This document shows, one piece after another, positions 35,526 through 44,253 of a stretch of DNA of 64,000 bases. Under the pieces are notes generated by a model that was not told the origin of the DNA, made no database searches, and saw nothing but the letters and a program-made list of their open reading frames with translations. Within the stretch, counting starts at the first letter, position 1. The number at the start of each line of letters is the position of its first letter. The translations under genes were made by a program, and so were the position numbers. Origin of the DNA: Capsulimonadaceae bacterium. Its GTDB lineage: Bacteria; Armatimonadota; Armatimonadia; Armatimonadales; Capsulimonadaceae. The stretch is from positions 4,544,001-4,608,000 of the forward strand of contig OZ244065.1 of NCBI GenBank assembly GCA_965215505.1, read 5' to 3'.

Positions 35526-36704
35526 ATGGCCCGTGCGAAACTGCTGCTCCAGGAGATCGAGACCTACGCTCAAAATATAGGCGATACCGTCCGAGACCCC
35601 CTGGTCATCCTCGACAGGGACCTGCGCGTCAAGTCCGCGAACCGGTCGTTCTATAAGACGTTCCAGACCTCGCCCGAGGACACGGAGGACTGCCTGATCA
35701 GCGAACTCGGCAACGGCCAGTGGGACCTGCCCCCGCTGCTGGCCCTGCTGCGCGACATCCTCCCCACCAAGGGCCACTTCGACGACTTCGAAGTGACGCA
35801 CGACTTCCCCTGCATCGGCCAGCGGACCATGCTGCTGAACGCCCGCAAGCTGTACCGTCCAGGCAACCGCACCGTCCTGCTCGTCCTCGACATCGAGGAC
35901 ATCACCGAGCGCAAGCGGACCGAGACGCGGCTCGCCGCCGCCCAGCAGCGCGACAGACGGATCGCCTCCACCCTCCAGCGCGCCCTGCTGTTCATGCCCC
36001 CGGAGGACGCCTTCCCAGGGCTGGAGGTCAAGATGCTGCACGAGGCGGCCTCCGAGGAGGCCCTGGTGGGCGGCGACTTCTGGGATATGTTCGCCTACGA
36101 CAACGGCCACGTTGCCCTGGTGATCGGGGACGTCATGGGCCATGGGCTGACGGCGGCGGTGTTCACGGCGGAGATCAGGTTCATCCTGCGGGCCTTCCTG
36201 CGGGAACACGAGCGGCCCGGTTTTGTCCTGAACAACCTAAACGCCTACCTGTGCGAGAGCCACCGCCTGTTCCGGGAGGGGCTGAATGATGAGGGGGACG
36301 AGGCCCCCGTGTGCCTGGCCTTGGCGGTGATCCACGCCGCGTCGGGGGAGGGCGTGGTGGCGTCGGCTGGGATGGAGCCGCCACTGCTGATCCGGGCGGG
36401 CACGGGGATCGATCAAGTGGCGGTGTCGGGTCTGCTGCTGGGGGTCGAGGCGGACCAGGAGTACCAGGCGGTTCCGTTCCGCCTGGAACACGGGGACACG
36501 CTCCTGCTGACGACGGACGGGATCACGGAGGCGCGGCGGGGCAAGGAGTTCTTGGACACGGCGGGCCTGATGCGTCTGGTGCGGGAGGCCCCGCTGCGGG
36601 GGAACCTGGAACAGACGGCGCAGTCCATTTTGGCGGGGGCGCGGGAGTTTGGGGGCGGCAGGTTCCGGGATGATGTGTGCCTGGTGATGGCGCGACGCCT
36701 GTGA
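35526..36704 (+). CDS. PAS + PP2C (SpoIIE-like) phosphatase
   Basis: PLVILDRDLRVKSANRSFY...ELGNGQWD PAS; VGGDFWD, IGDVMGHG, TTDGITE and DDVCL. Confidence 0.88.
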   Translation: MARAKLLLQEIETYAQNIGDTVRDPLVILDRDLRVKSANRSFYKTFQTSPEDTEDCLISELGNGQWDLPPLLALLRDILPTKGHFDDFEVTHDFPCIGQRTMLLNARKLYRPGNRTVLLVLDIEDITERKRTETRLAAAQQRDRRIASTLQRALLFMPPEDAFPGLEVKMLHEAASEEALVGGDFWDMFAYDNGHVALVIGDVMGHGLTAAVFTAEIRFILRAFLREHERPGFVLNNLNAYLCESHRLFREGLNDEGDEAPVCLALAVIHAASGEGVVASAGMEPPLLIRAGTGIDQVAVSGLLLGVEADQEYQAVPFRLEHGDTLLLTTDGITEARRGKEFLDTAGLMRLVREAPLRGNLEQTAQSILAGAREFGGGRFRDDVCLVMARRL

Positions 36705-36841
36705 CGGAAGTCGCCCCGTGTAACGCGGGGCTTCAACCGTCGCGGGCGAGTGCGGGAAGATTTTGGCGTCGGGTGTCCGTTAAATCATGGCTTCGTTGGA
36801 GTCAGGTACTCAGGAGACGGCAGCGTCGGGAGACAAGCGCA

Positions 36842-37426
36842 ATGGGGGATGAGATGCTCGCGCCGACTGGGGGGCCAGTCGGCCCTTCTCCAGAGGCCCC
36901 GGACCCCACGCCTTCCATGCAGGAACACCCCTCCACTCGGGCACGGACGACGCCCCCACCGTTGTCGCTGCTGGACAAAGCCTTGGTGGAATTGGAAGCC
37001 TGCCTCGAAGCCCTGCGGGTGGCCGAGGGAGTCATCCGGGCGCAGAATGGGGTCCTGAAGGAGTACCGTATGGCCCGCCACGCCGAGCGGCGTCGATACC
37101 TGGACCTGTTGGCGTATGTGTCCGACGCGCTCCTGGTCACCGACGTGGACGGCCTGATCCTGGAGGCAAGCCCCGCCGCTGCCCGCCTGCTGTCGGGGTC
37201 TCGGCGTCTCCGCGCTGGCAAGCCCATCGCCCGGTTCTTCACGCATGACAGGCGGGTGGCCCTGCTCGGGGCAGTGCGGGCCACCGGGGGCGGGGCCGCC
37301 TGGGAGGGTGACCTGTGGATCAAGCCGCGGCTCGGCGTGGCCTTCTTCGCCTTCGTCACCGTCACGCCCGTGCCTGCCGCCAAGGACGTCCCGCCCGCCC
37401 TGCGCTGGCTGATTCGTCCCGCCTGA
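36842..37426 (+). CDS. Coiled-coil + PAS domain protein
   Basis: ELEACLEALRVAE...ERRRYLDLL...DALLVTDVDGLILEASPAAARLL. Confidence 0.7.
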   Translation: MGDEMLAPTGGPVGPSPEAPDPTPSMQEHPSTRARTTPPPLSLLDKALVELEACLEALRVAEGVIRAQNGVLKEYRMARHAERRRYLDLLAYVSDALLVTDVDGLILEASPAAARLLSGSRRLRAGKPIARFFTHDRRVALLGAVRATGGGAAWEGDLWIKPRLGVAFFAFVTVTPVPAAKDVPPALRWLIRPA

Positions 37427-37522
37427 CTGCGTGCCCCCCACGAGCCATGTGCCTCACTGGACTGAACTCGGGGAGTGGCAGGGTGGGCAACACTCGCGGT
37501 CTGATGCTGCGCCGCTCCGACG

Positions 37523-37951
37523 CTACACCCTCGACTTGAGGCGTTTTTCCGCGACGACCGTCGTACCCGTCGGGTGTGACGTGCGGAACTCCACGTTATC
37601 GGCGAGGCTCCTGACGAGGTGCAGACCGAATCCGCCGAACCTCTCCGTTCCATCCACGTCTGCGCGGGCTGACCCGACCGGAGGCAACGAAGCCGTGTCC
37701 AACCCCGGACCGTAGTCGGCCACGCTCAACGTCACCCGGTCAACGTGGTATTCGAACCGCACCTGGAAATAGCCAGCAGAGGAGCGGGCGTGCAGTGTGG
37801 CGTTCGAGGCGAGTTCACCCAGGATGACCTCGACGTCCGTGATGTCGTCGGCGGCCACGCCGTGGCGTTCCAGGAGCAGCCGAGCCATATGGCGGATGAT
37901 GGGCACGAACGCGTGGTCTTCGGGCAGGTCGAGCGCGAGGGCGGTCTTCAT
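37523..37951 (-). CDS. RsbW-like anti-sigma factor / serine kinase (HATPase_c)
   Basis: LGELASNATLHA, VADYGPG and GGFGLHLVRSLAD. Confidence 0.85.
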   Translation of the reverse strand: MKTALALDLPEDHAFVPIIRHMARLLLERHGVAADDITDVEVILGELASNATLHARSSAGYFQVRFEYHVDRVTLSVADYGPGLDTASLPPVGSARADVDGTERFGGFGLHLVRSLADNVEFRTSHPTGTTVVAEKRLKSRV

Positions 37952-38064
37952 GGCCCTTGTCTTTCTGCCCCCCCGCGGGTGCGCGACTGGTGACTAAATG
38001 CTTTACTATACCCAGCCTGTGGTCGTATCGTAGAACCGTAACCCTCAAGGTGCGAAAATTCCGT

Positions 38065-40341
38065 TCAGTCGCCCACGGCTCCAATCAGCAGGCACACGTC
38101 GTCGCCGACGACGCCCTGCGCGTGGGCCTCCATGCCCGCGATCAGACGCCCCGCCACGCACTCCGCCACTTCCTGCGCGGTTTCACCCGCGCTCGGTGCA
38201 CAGGCCAGAAGCAGGGCCTCAACGCCCTCCACCCCCAGCATCTCGCGGCGCGTCGGCCCCGCGTCCGTCAGGCCGTCCGTAAACAGGGCGAGGCAGTCCG
38301 ACGGGGCCAGTGAAATCCGCTCCTCCCGGAAGGTGGCACCCGAGATTGATCCCAGGATCGGACCCGTCGGGAGAAGCTGCTCCACCGCCCCGGTCGCGGC
38401 GCGCCACAGCAGGCCAGGTTCCTGACCCGCATTGACGTAGTTGAGCGTCCGCGCCCCGCTGTCGTAGGCCCCGACGAACAGGGTGGCGAAACCGGTCAGC
38501 AGGCCGTTCTCCGCCAGCGTCCGGTTGAGCGCGGTGACGGCCTCGGCCAGCGTCGGCAGCGTGTACAGGAAGGCGCGCAGCATATTCCGCAGGGTCGCCA
38601 GTTGCGAGGCCGCCGCCAGCCCTTTCCCGCTGACGTCGCCCACGACCAGGGCGTGGCACCCGTTCTCCACGGGGAACACGTCGTAGAAGTCCCCGCCGAT
38701 CTCGGCTTCGGTCAAGGCCGCCTGGTAGTGCCCGACCACGGCCAGGCCCGGAATGTCTGCGGAGTTCGTAGGACGTAGCGCGTCCTGGAGTTGCGCGGCG
38801 ATGGCGCGCTCCCGCTGGTTGGCGCGGGCCGTTTCCACTGCCGCACGCACCTGGGCGGCCACCGCCTCCACCGTTTCTACCTCGTCCGCCGTCCACTTCC
38901 TCGGCTGGTCCGCCATCGCCACTACGAAAGCCGCGGTGGGGCGACCCCGGTCGTAGAACGGCACGCCGACCAGCGACCGCTCGCCGATCCGCTCGAAGGC
39001 CGCCGCCGTCTCCGAAGAGAGCGGCCCCCTGCGGACATCCTCGATGACCACCGTCTGCCCTCCCCGAAACACCTCCTCGACGGCCAGACCCATCTCCGAG
39101 AGGCGGTACTCGCCCGCAAGCGGCGGGAGGTGCGGGCGGTGCCAGTCCTCCTCCACCGTGCAGCGGTCCTGGGGTACGTCGTAGAGAACGTAGAAGCACC
39201 GGTCCGCAGCCAGGTGCTCCCCCAACACGGCGAGAGCGGTCGCCTGCACGACACGCAGGTTCGCCGAGGCGCGGGCCGCCAACCCGACCCGGTTGATGAC
39301 GGCCTCCCGCTCGGCCCGCGCCTCGGCCTCGATGAGAAGCTGTTCCCGCTCCTGCTCCAGTTCCCACCGCTCGGTGATGTCCGTCGCGGTCCCCACCCAC
39401 CGGAGGACACGGCCCGCCCCGTCTTTGACGGGCACCGAGCGGCCCAGGTGCCACCGGTAGACGCCGTCGGCGCGGCGCAGGCGGTACTCGACCTCGGATG
39501 GCACCCCCGCCTCAAGAGCGGCCCGCCAGACGGAAGTCGCCCGTGCGACGTCGTCGGGGTGGATCACGGGCTGCCAGCCCCAATCCCGCGTCTGCTCGAA
39601 GGTCAAGCCGCTGAACTCGTACCAGACCTTGTTGTAGTAGTCGATGCCGCCGCCCGGTCCTGTCGTCCAGGCGATCTGGGGCATGGTGTCGGCCAGCAGG
39701 CGGTACCGCTCCTCCTCGGCCTGGCGGCGCGGGGCGGCGTCGCGAACCAGCCAGCGCAGGCCCGCGGGCTGGCCGCCCCGGTCGCGCACGACGGTGACGG
39801 TCACGGCGGCGTCAACGGGCGCACCGCTCCGGGGCCGTAGCCGCAGGTCCCGCTCCGTGGCGACCGAGGGTGGCTGATTGCCGCTCAAAAGAGGCCCTGC
39901 CTGGGCGAGGACGGTGAGGTCGCGATAGAACGCTGCCCGCGCCTCTTCCGAGACGTAGACGGCCAGTGGCTTGCCGATCAGGGCTGGCCGCCTTCGGAAA
40001 CCCAGGAGCGACACGGCGGCCTCGTTCACCTCCCCGATGATGCCGCCCATGTCGGTAACGAAGTAGGCGTCCGGGGCGGACTCGAACAGGTCCTGGTACC
40101 GCCGCCGCTCGTCCTCCAGGGCGAGGCGTGAGGCGAGCAGCGCCTCGTTCTGAACGCGCAGTTCCTCCTCGGTGACGAGCAACTCCTCGATGGTGGTGCC
40201 GAGTTCCGCGAACGCCTGGTCCAGCAGTCTGCCCGACTCGCCGCCCGCACTGGCCCGTTCGGTGAGTCCCACGACCCGCTCCCGGATGGCGGCAAACTGA
40301 CGGGCGAATGGCTCGAACGGGAGTTGGTCTTCTTGTCTCAT
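38065..40341 (-). CDS. Coiled-coil-PAS-PAS-GAF-PP2C (SpoIIE-like) phosphatase
   Basis: IHPDD PAS, GAF, IGGDFYDV, VGDVSGKG, FTDGLTD and DDVCLL; start placed at MRQEDQ. Confidence 0.88.
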   Translation of the reverse strand: MRQEDQLPFEPFARQFAAIRERVVGLTERASAGGESGRLLDQAFAELGTTIEELLVTEEELRVQNEALLASRLALEDERRRYQDLFESAPDAYFVTDMGGIIGEVNEAAVSLLGFRRRPALIGKPLAVYVSEEARAAFYRDLTVLAQAGPLLSGNQPPSVATERDLRLRPRSGAPVDAAVTVTVVRDRGGQPAGLRWLVRDAAPRRQAEEERYRLLADTMPQIAWTTGPGGGIDYYNKVWYEFSGLTFEQTRDWGWQPVIHPDDVARATSVWRAALEAGVPSEVEYRLRRADGVYRWHLGRSVPVKDGAGRVLRWVGTATDITERWELEQEREQLLIEAEARAEREAVINRVGLAARASANLRVVQATALAVLGEHLAADRCFYVLYDVPQDRCTVEEDWHRPHLPPLAGEYRLSEMGLAVEEVFRGGQTVVIEDVRRGPLSSETAAAFERIGERSLVGVPFYDRGRPTAAFVVAMADQPRKWTADEVETVEAVAAQVRAAVETARANQRERAIAAQLQDALRPTNSADIPGLAVVGHYQAALTEAEIGGDFYDVFPVENGCHALVVGDVSGKGLAAASQLATLRNMLRAFLYTLPTLAEAVTALNRTLAENGLLTGFATLFVGAYDSGARTLNYVNAGQEPGLLWRAATGAVEQLLPTGPILGSISGATFREERISLAPSDCLALFTDGLTDAGPTRREMLGVEGVEALLLACAPSAGETAQEVAECVAGRLIAGMEAHAQGVVGDDVCLLIGAVGD

Positions 40342-40537
40342 GCCTACTCTTGTTCCTGACTTCCGTTCCGTCCAGGCCGCGCACCGAAGCCGCGCTTCCC
40401 GCGGCACCCACACCGCGCCCGTGTGAAAAGGCGCAAGCAGCCAAGCCCGAGTGATTGTAACACGAATCACTCCGTTCGGCAAGGGCGAGGTACGGGACGA
40501 GGAATGACGGGGGCTTGGGAGGCGGCGATCACTGACA

Positions 40538-41107
40538 TCACGGGGCACAGGCGAGTTCGGTCAGGACGGCGGCGATGTCCGTGGGAGGCAGGACATACTG
40601 CACGCGGGCGCGGGCGATGGCGTTGCGGGGCATGGCGGGGAAGAGGGCGTCGGCGGGTTCCTGCGCGATGCTGGCCCCGCCGTGCCTGTTGATCTCGATC
40701 AGGCCAGCTGTGCCGTCGTCGAGCACCCCGGACAGGACCACCCCGACGACGCGGCTCCCGTAAGCCCGTGCCGCCGAGCGGAACAATGGATCGACGGCGG
40801 GGCGCGTGTGGTGTTCCCGTGCGGCCAGGGACAGGCGCAGCACCGCCTGCTCGACGAGGAGATGATGGCCTGGGGGCGCAACGTAGATGTGGCCCGACCG
40901 GATGGCCTCGCCGTCCTGTGCGTGCGTGGCGGGGAGCGGGCCGCTCCTGCTCAGGATGTCTGGGAGTACACTGCGGCTGTCTGCGGGGATGTGGACGGCC
41001 ACGCAGACGGCGGCGGACAGATCGGGCGGGAGGCCGCCGACCAACTCTGTCAGTGCCGTCACGCCGCCCGCGGAGGCTCCAATCACGATGATGTCATGTC
41101 TGGGCAC
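40538..41107 (-). CDS. Stand-alone CheB-type methylesterase
   Basis: IGASAGG, VAVHIP, RPAVDPLFRS and LSGVLDDG. Confidence 0.88.
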   Translation of the reverse strand: MPRHDIIVIGASAGGVTALTELVGGLPPDLSAAVCVAVHIPADSRSVLPDILSRSGPLPATHAQDGEAIRSGHIYVAPPGHHLLVEQAVLRLSLAAREHHTRPAVDPLFRSAARAYGSRVVGVVLSGVLDDGTAGLIEINRHGGASIAQEPADALFPAMPRNAIARARVQYVLPPTDIAAVLTELACAP

Positions 41108-41258
41108 GGTTGCTGACCGTTCGCCTTTTACTTGTCATTCGCGTAGTCTACCCGGTGGAGGACGAGGGCTAACCCACAAACGCTTCGATGGCGGAGCAGT
41201 GAGCGCGGTCGTAAGGACCCGTCTTATGCAGAACTACTTAGGGTGCGCTAAATCAGGA

Positions 41259-42260
41259 CTAACTAAACTTCCTCGGGTCTTTCTTGAGGGGCTGGACCGG
41301 TTCGACGAACGGCTGGTACAAAGCGGTGTACGCAGACCACTGATTTTTAAGGTAGAGGTCGTGGAAGAATAGGTACTGCTGCGCCCAGCCGGCCATCGGC
41401 CCGAACTGCTTCCGCAGGTGGTCGCCGATCTGGGCATAGCCGGCTTTAGTCAGCGTCTTGGCGGCGGGGGTATTTTTGAGGTACGTCCGCTGGGCGATAC
41501 GGCGGATGTGGGTGTCCACGGGGATGGCCCCATCCTGGTCCAGCGAGAACAGGCAGACGCAGTCGGCGATCTTCTCGCCGACGCCCGGCAGGGTCATCAG
41601 GGCCGCCTTCGCCTCGGGGTAGGGGAGCGCGCGCAGGCCGAACAGCCAGGCCGCCCCGCCGTTCGCCATGACCTTCTGCGCCGTCTCCTTGATGGAGCGC
41701 GCGCGGTAGGCGAGGCCGGTGTTGGTCAGGTGCGGGATGGAGGCCTCGGCCAGCCGGTGGATGGGCGGGAAGGCGTGATGGACCAGCCCCGCCACCTCGC
41801 CGCCGGGGTAGTCGTCCCCATACTCGCGGCACAGGGCGGCGATGGTCCTCCGGATGCGGTACAAAGGGGCGGCTGGCGTGCAGAGGAAGGAGAACAGGCA
41901 TTCCACGGGGTCCTGCCGGATGACGCGCAAGCCGGCGAACTCGCGCACCGCGTCCCGGATGTTCGGGTCGTGGGCGGCGAAACCGGCCGTCAGGGCCGGC
42001 AGGTCCACGTCCAGCCGGAAGTAGTCCCGCACCAGGGCCATGTCATCGGGGCACGGACCGGTCTCGTAGTAGACCATCTCGTCGTCCTGCCAAAGCCGGA
42101 CGAGCTGGTGCGCCGTCCGGCCCGTCGCCGGGTCGGTGATGGGCAGCAGGCAGGCCCACCAGCCCGCCTTGTCCCGCCGCCAGCGGAAGGTCTGGCCGCA
42201 GATGACGGTGTAGGTGATCTCGAACTCCGCGATGGGGCAGAGGAAGGTGGAGTACGGCAT
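41259..42260 (-). CDS. ogg: 8-oxoguanine DNA glycosylase (Ogg family, HhH-GPD); last ~35 codons supplied by the element
   Basis: CGQTFRW, GLRVIRQDPVECLFSF, GLAYRA, LPGVGEKIADCVCLF, IPVDTH and AGWAQQYLF. Confidence 0.9.
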   Translation of the reverse strand: MPYSTFLCPIAEFEITYTVICGQTFRWRRDKAGWWACLLPITDPATGRTAHQLVRLWQDDEMVYYETGPCPDDMALVRDYFRLDVDLPALTAGFAAHDPNIRDAVREFAGLRVIRQDPVECLFSFLCTPAAPLYRIRRTIAALCREYGDDYPGGEVAGLVHHAFPPIHRLAEASIPHLTNTGLAYRARSIKETAQKVMANGGAAWLFGLRALPYPEAKAALMTLPGVGEKIADCVCLFSLDQDGAIPVDTHIRRIAQRTYLKNTPAAKTLTKAGYAQIGDHLRKQFGPMAGWAQQYLFFHDLYLKNQWSAYTALYQPFVEPVQPLKKDPRKFS

Positions 42261-42265
42261 ACAGC

Positions 42266-42295
42266 ATTGTACGCCGGGGGCGCGAGGTTTGTCAA
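42266..42295 (-). promoter_or_regulatory. Consensus sigma70 promoter of ogg (probably leaderless)
   Basis: TTGACA-18nt-TACAAT ends 5 nt before the ATG. Confidence 0.7.
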
Positions 42296-42343
42296 ACGCC
42301 GCCCCTCGCTAGGTAGGGCAGACAAAAAAGAGGTAGGGCACAC

Positions 42344-42405
42344 AAAAAAGCAGCGCGGCTGTACGCAGGCCGTCTCACGACGGGCTGCGGAACACCGCGC
42401 TGCTT
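42344..42405 (-). terminator. Long intrinsic terminator-like hairpin
   Basis: AAGCAGCGCGG...CCGCGCTGCTTTTTT on the minus strand with an inner hairpin; adjacent 20-bp tandem repeat 42311-42350. Confidence 0.6.
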
Positions 42406-42597
42406 CTCTTGATTTCCAAAAGATGTCCGAAGACTTCTCTCAGGCTTCTGGGGTGGGCTGGTGGCAAAGGTAGCCATTCATGACCCGCGAGTGAACATCA
42501 CCCGTAGGTTTGAGCCGCCCCGAAGGTTAAAAGGACTAACCTTCGCCACCGCCCTGTAAACTATGATCCAATTGTTGATACCTCCTTTTGAATGTGA
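42344..42597 (-). ncRNA. Candidate structured RNA or short-peptide transcript
   Basis: TGGTATATT -10, AAGGAGG, long-range stem 42455-42554 and terminal hairpin. Confidence 0.4.
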
Positions 42598-42625
42598 TAC
42601 TCTAATATACCATGTTTTGACGATT

Positions 42626-43954
42626 TTAATTCCCGTCTTCCAGGATATTTTCGTTCCGCCCGCTTTTGGCCCAGGCGGGGAGGAACGGGACGAAGAAGAC
42701 GGCCAGCAGGGTGAACCCGAAGCCGAACCACAGGGCGCAGAACCAGCCGTGCGCGATGGAGTGGCCGCTCGCCGGCCCGAACCAGTCGTAGAGCGCGCTG
42801 CCGAACTTGTCGCACAGGACGATGCTGAGGCTCAGGGCGGCCTGCATCAGCCCATAGACAGTCCCCTCGATCTGGGGAGGGCAGGCGCGGGCGGCCAGAG
42901 TGTTCAGGCAGACGGCGAGGAAGATCGCGAGGAAGCTCCACCCGAACTGCGCGTACCGCACCGAGGGCGCGTCGTGCATCGTCATCGCGACGAGGTAAAT
43001 GGCGGCGTCCGCCCCGATCGCGCCCCAGACGACCGCCCGGATGGGCAGCCGCCGGGAGAAGGTGCCGAAGGCGACCAGCCCCGCGATGGAACCCGCCGAC
43101 GTCCAACTATCCAGCCGCCCGATGAAGCCCTTGGAGAGATGCAGCACGTCCGTCTCGTAGTACACTGAGGCGGTCAGCAGCAGGGGCGTGACGTAGAGGT
43201 AGAACAGGAATGCGGTCATCACCCACATGCCGGGCGTCGCCGCCGCTTCGCGCAGGGCCGCAGCCGTCCGCGCCCGCTCGGCCCGCTTCGCCTCCGCCTG
43301 CTCCGCCGTCGCCCGCCGCCGGCCCGTGACCCGCCGGTCTTCGATCAGGAACGTCAGCGGCAGGAAGGCCAGCGACAGCAGCGCGGCCACCAGGAACGTG
43401 TGGTGGTACGACCAGGACTGCGTCACCTCGCCGTCGAGTCTCGCCGTGTAGGCGAGGCTGAGGAGCAGCGGCGTCATCTGGAAGAGCGCCTGCAAGACGC
43501 CGAACCTCCCCGTCCGGTTGCCCACCGAAACCATGACGGCGTTGATCAGCACCCCGGCCATCGCCGCGCCCGTCCCCGCCACGATCAGCAGGCAGGCGAG
43601 GGCGGCGTAGTGATACGCATGGAGCGTCATCAGGCCCGCATACCCGGCTGCCTGTACGACGGCGGCCAGCGCGAAGTACGAGCGGCGGTGCCACCCGCCC
43701 AGTGGGTACAGGTCGGACAGGCCGCCCATGAAGGGCTGCAAGTAGGCGGGGAGGTTGATGAGGAGCAGCAGGGTGCCGACCCCGCTGGCGCTCAGGTGCA
43801 GCGTGTCTTTGTACAGAAAGGTCTGCTTGTTGGCGGTCACCGCGCCCAGGACACCGCCGAGCGCCGCCGCCGCCGCGATCAGCAGGGCGGTCCGCCAGAG
43901 CGCGTCCCGGCTCACGGAGAGGGTGGGGGACTGAAGGGGGGTGTAGACGGCCAA
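42626..43954 (-). CDS. MFS transporter (folate/biopterin BT1-like)
   Basis: About 12 hydrophobic segments; PAYLQPFMGGLSDLYPLGGWHRRSY; ARACPPQIEGTVYGL; start uncertain. Confidence 0.8.
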   Translation of the reverse strand: MAVYTPLQSPTLSVSRDALWRTALLIAAAAALGGVLGAVTANKQTFLYKDTLHLSASGVGTLLLLINLPAYLQPFMGGLSDLYPLGGWHRRSYFALAAVVQAAGYAGLMTLHAYHYAALACLLIVAGTGAAMAGVLINAVMVSVGNRTGRFGVLQALFQMTPLLLSLAYTARLDGEVTQSWSYHHTFLVAALLSLAFLPLTFLIEDRRVTGRRRATAEQAEAKRAERARTAAALREAAATPGMWVMTAFLFYLYVTPLLLTASVYYETDVLHLSKGFIGRLDSWTSAGSIAGLVAFGTFSRRLPIRAVVWGAIGADAAIYLVAMTMHDAPSVRYAQFGWSFLAIFLAVCLNTLAARACPPQIEGTVYGLMQAALSLSIVLCDKFGSALYDWFGPASGHSIAHGWFCALWFGFGFTLLAVFFVPFLPAWAKSGRNENILEDGN

Positions 43955-44080
43955 AGGTAATGCTTTCTTGTGAGGGATTGCCTTCGGCGCTGGAGGCGGT
44001 TTCAGTATGGCAGATAGCGGGCGCGGTGTCAATGCTGGGGCCCTGCCGCCCATGGCCGGTCTCCCCATGAGGGTGCCGAA

Positions 44081-44253
44081 GAGTGCCACGGGTTGAAACC
44101 CAAGGCACCGGAGTTCCCGGCGCCCCAGGGACGCATGAGACGGCATAGGATCGTAGGGGCGGGGTCCCCCCGCCCTCTGCTTCCTGTCCTGTGTCCTCTA
44201 CGTTCCCTGGACGATAAGCTTTTCAGTGCCTCGGGTTTCAACCCGTGGCGCTC
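44081..44253. repeat. REPIN/MITE-like palindromic element (CCACGGGTTGAAAC family) with a nested GTAG-type REP
   Basis: GCCACGGGTTGAAACCC...GGGTTTCAACCCGTGGC arms; related to 57717-57855. Confidence 0.75.

Larger units (their letters stand above)
19988..41366. mobile_element. ~21.4-kb integrative element (serine-recombinase genomic island) inserted in the ogg 3' end
   Basis: Direct repeat AGGTCGTGGAA at 19988-19998 and 41356-41366; duplicated gene tail; two large serine recombinases, Prim-Pol and RM cargo inside. Confidence 0.85.

Noticed and set aside
19988-41366. Prophage or conjugative element
   Set aside because: No structural, terminase, relaxase or T4SS genes are recognisable
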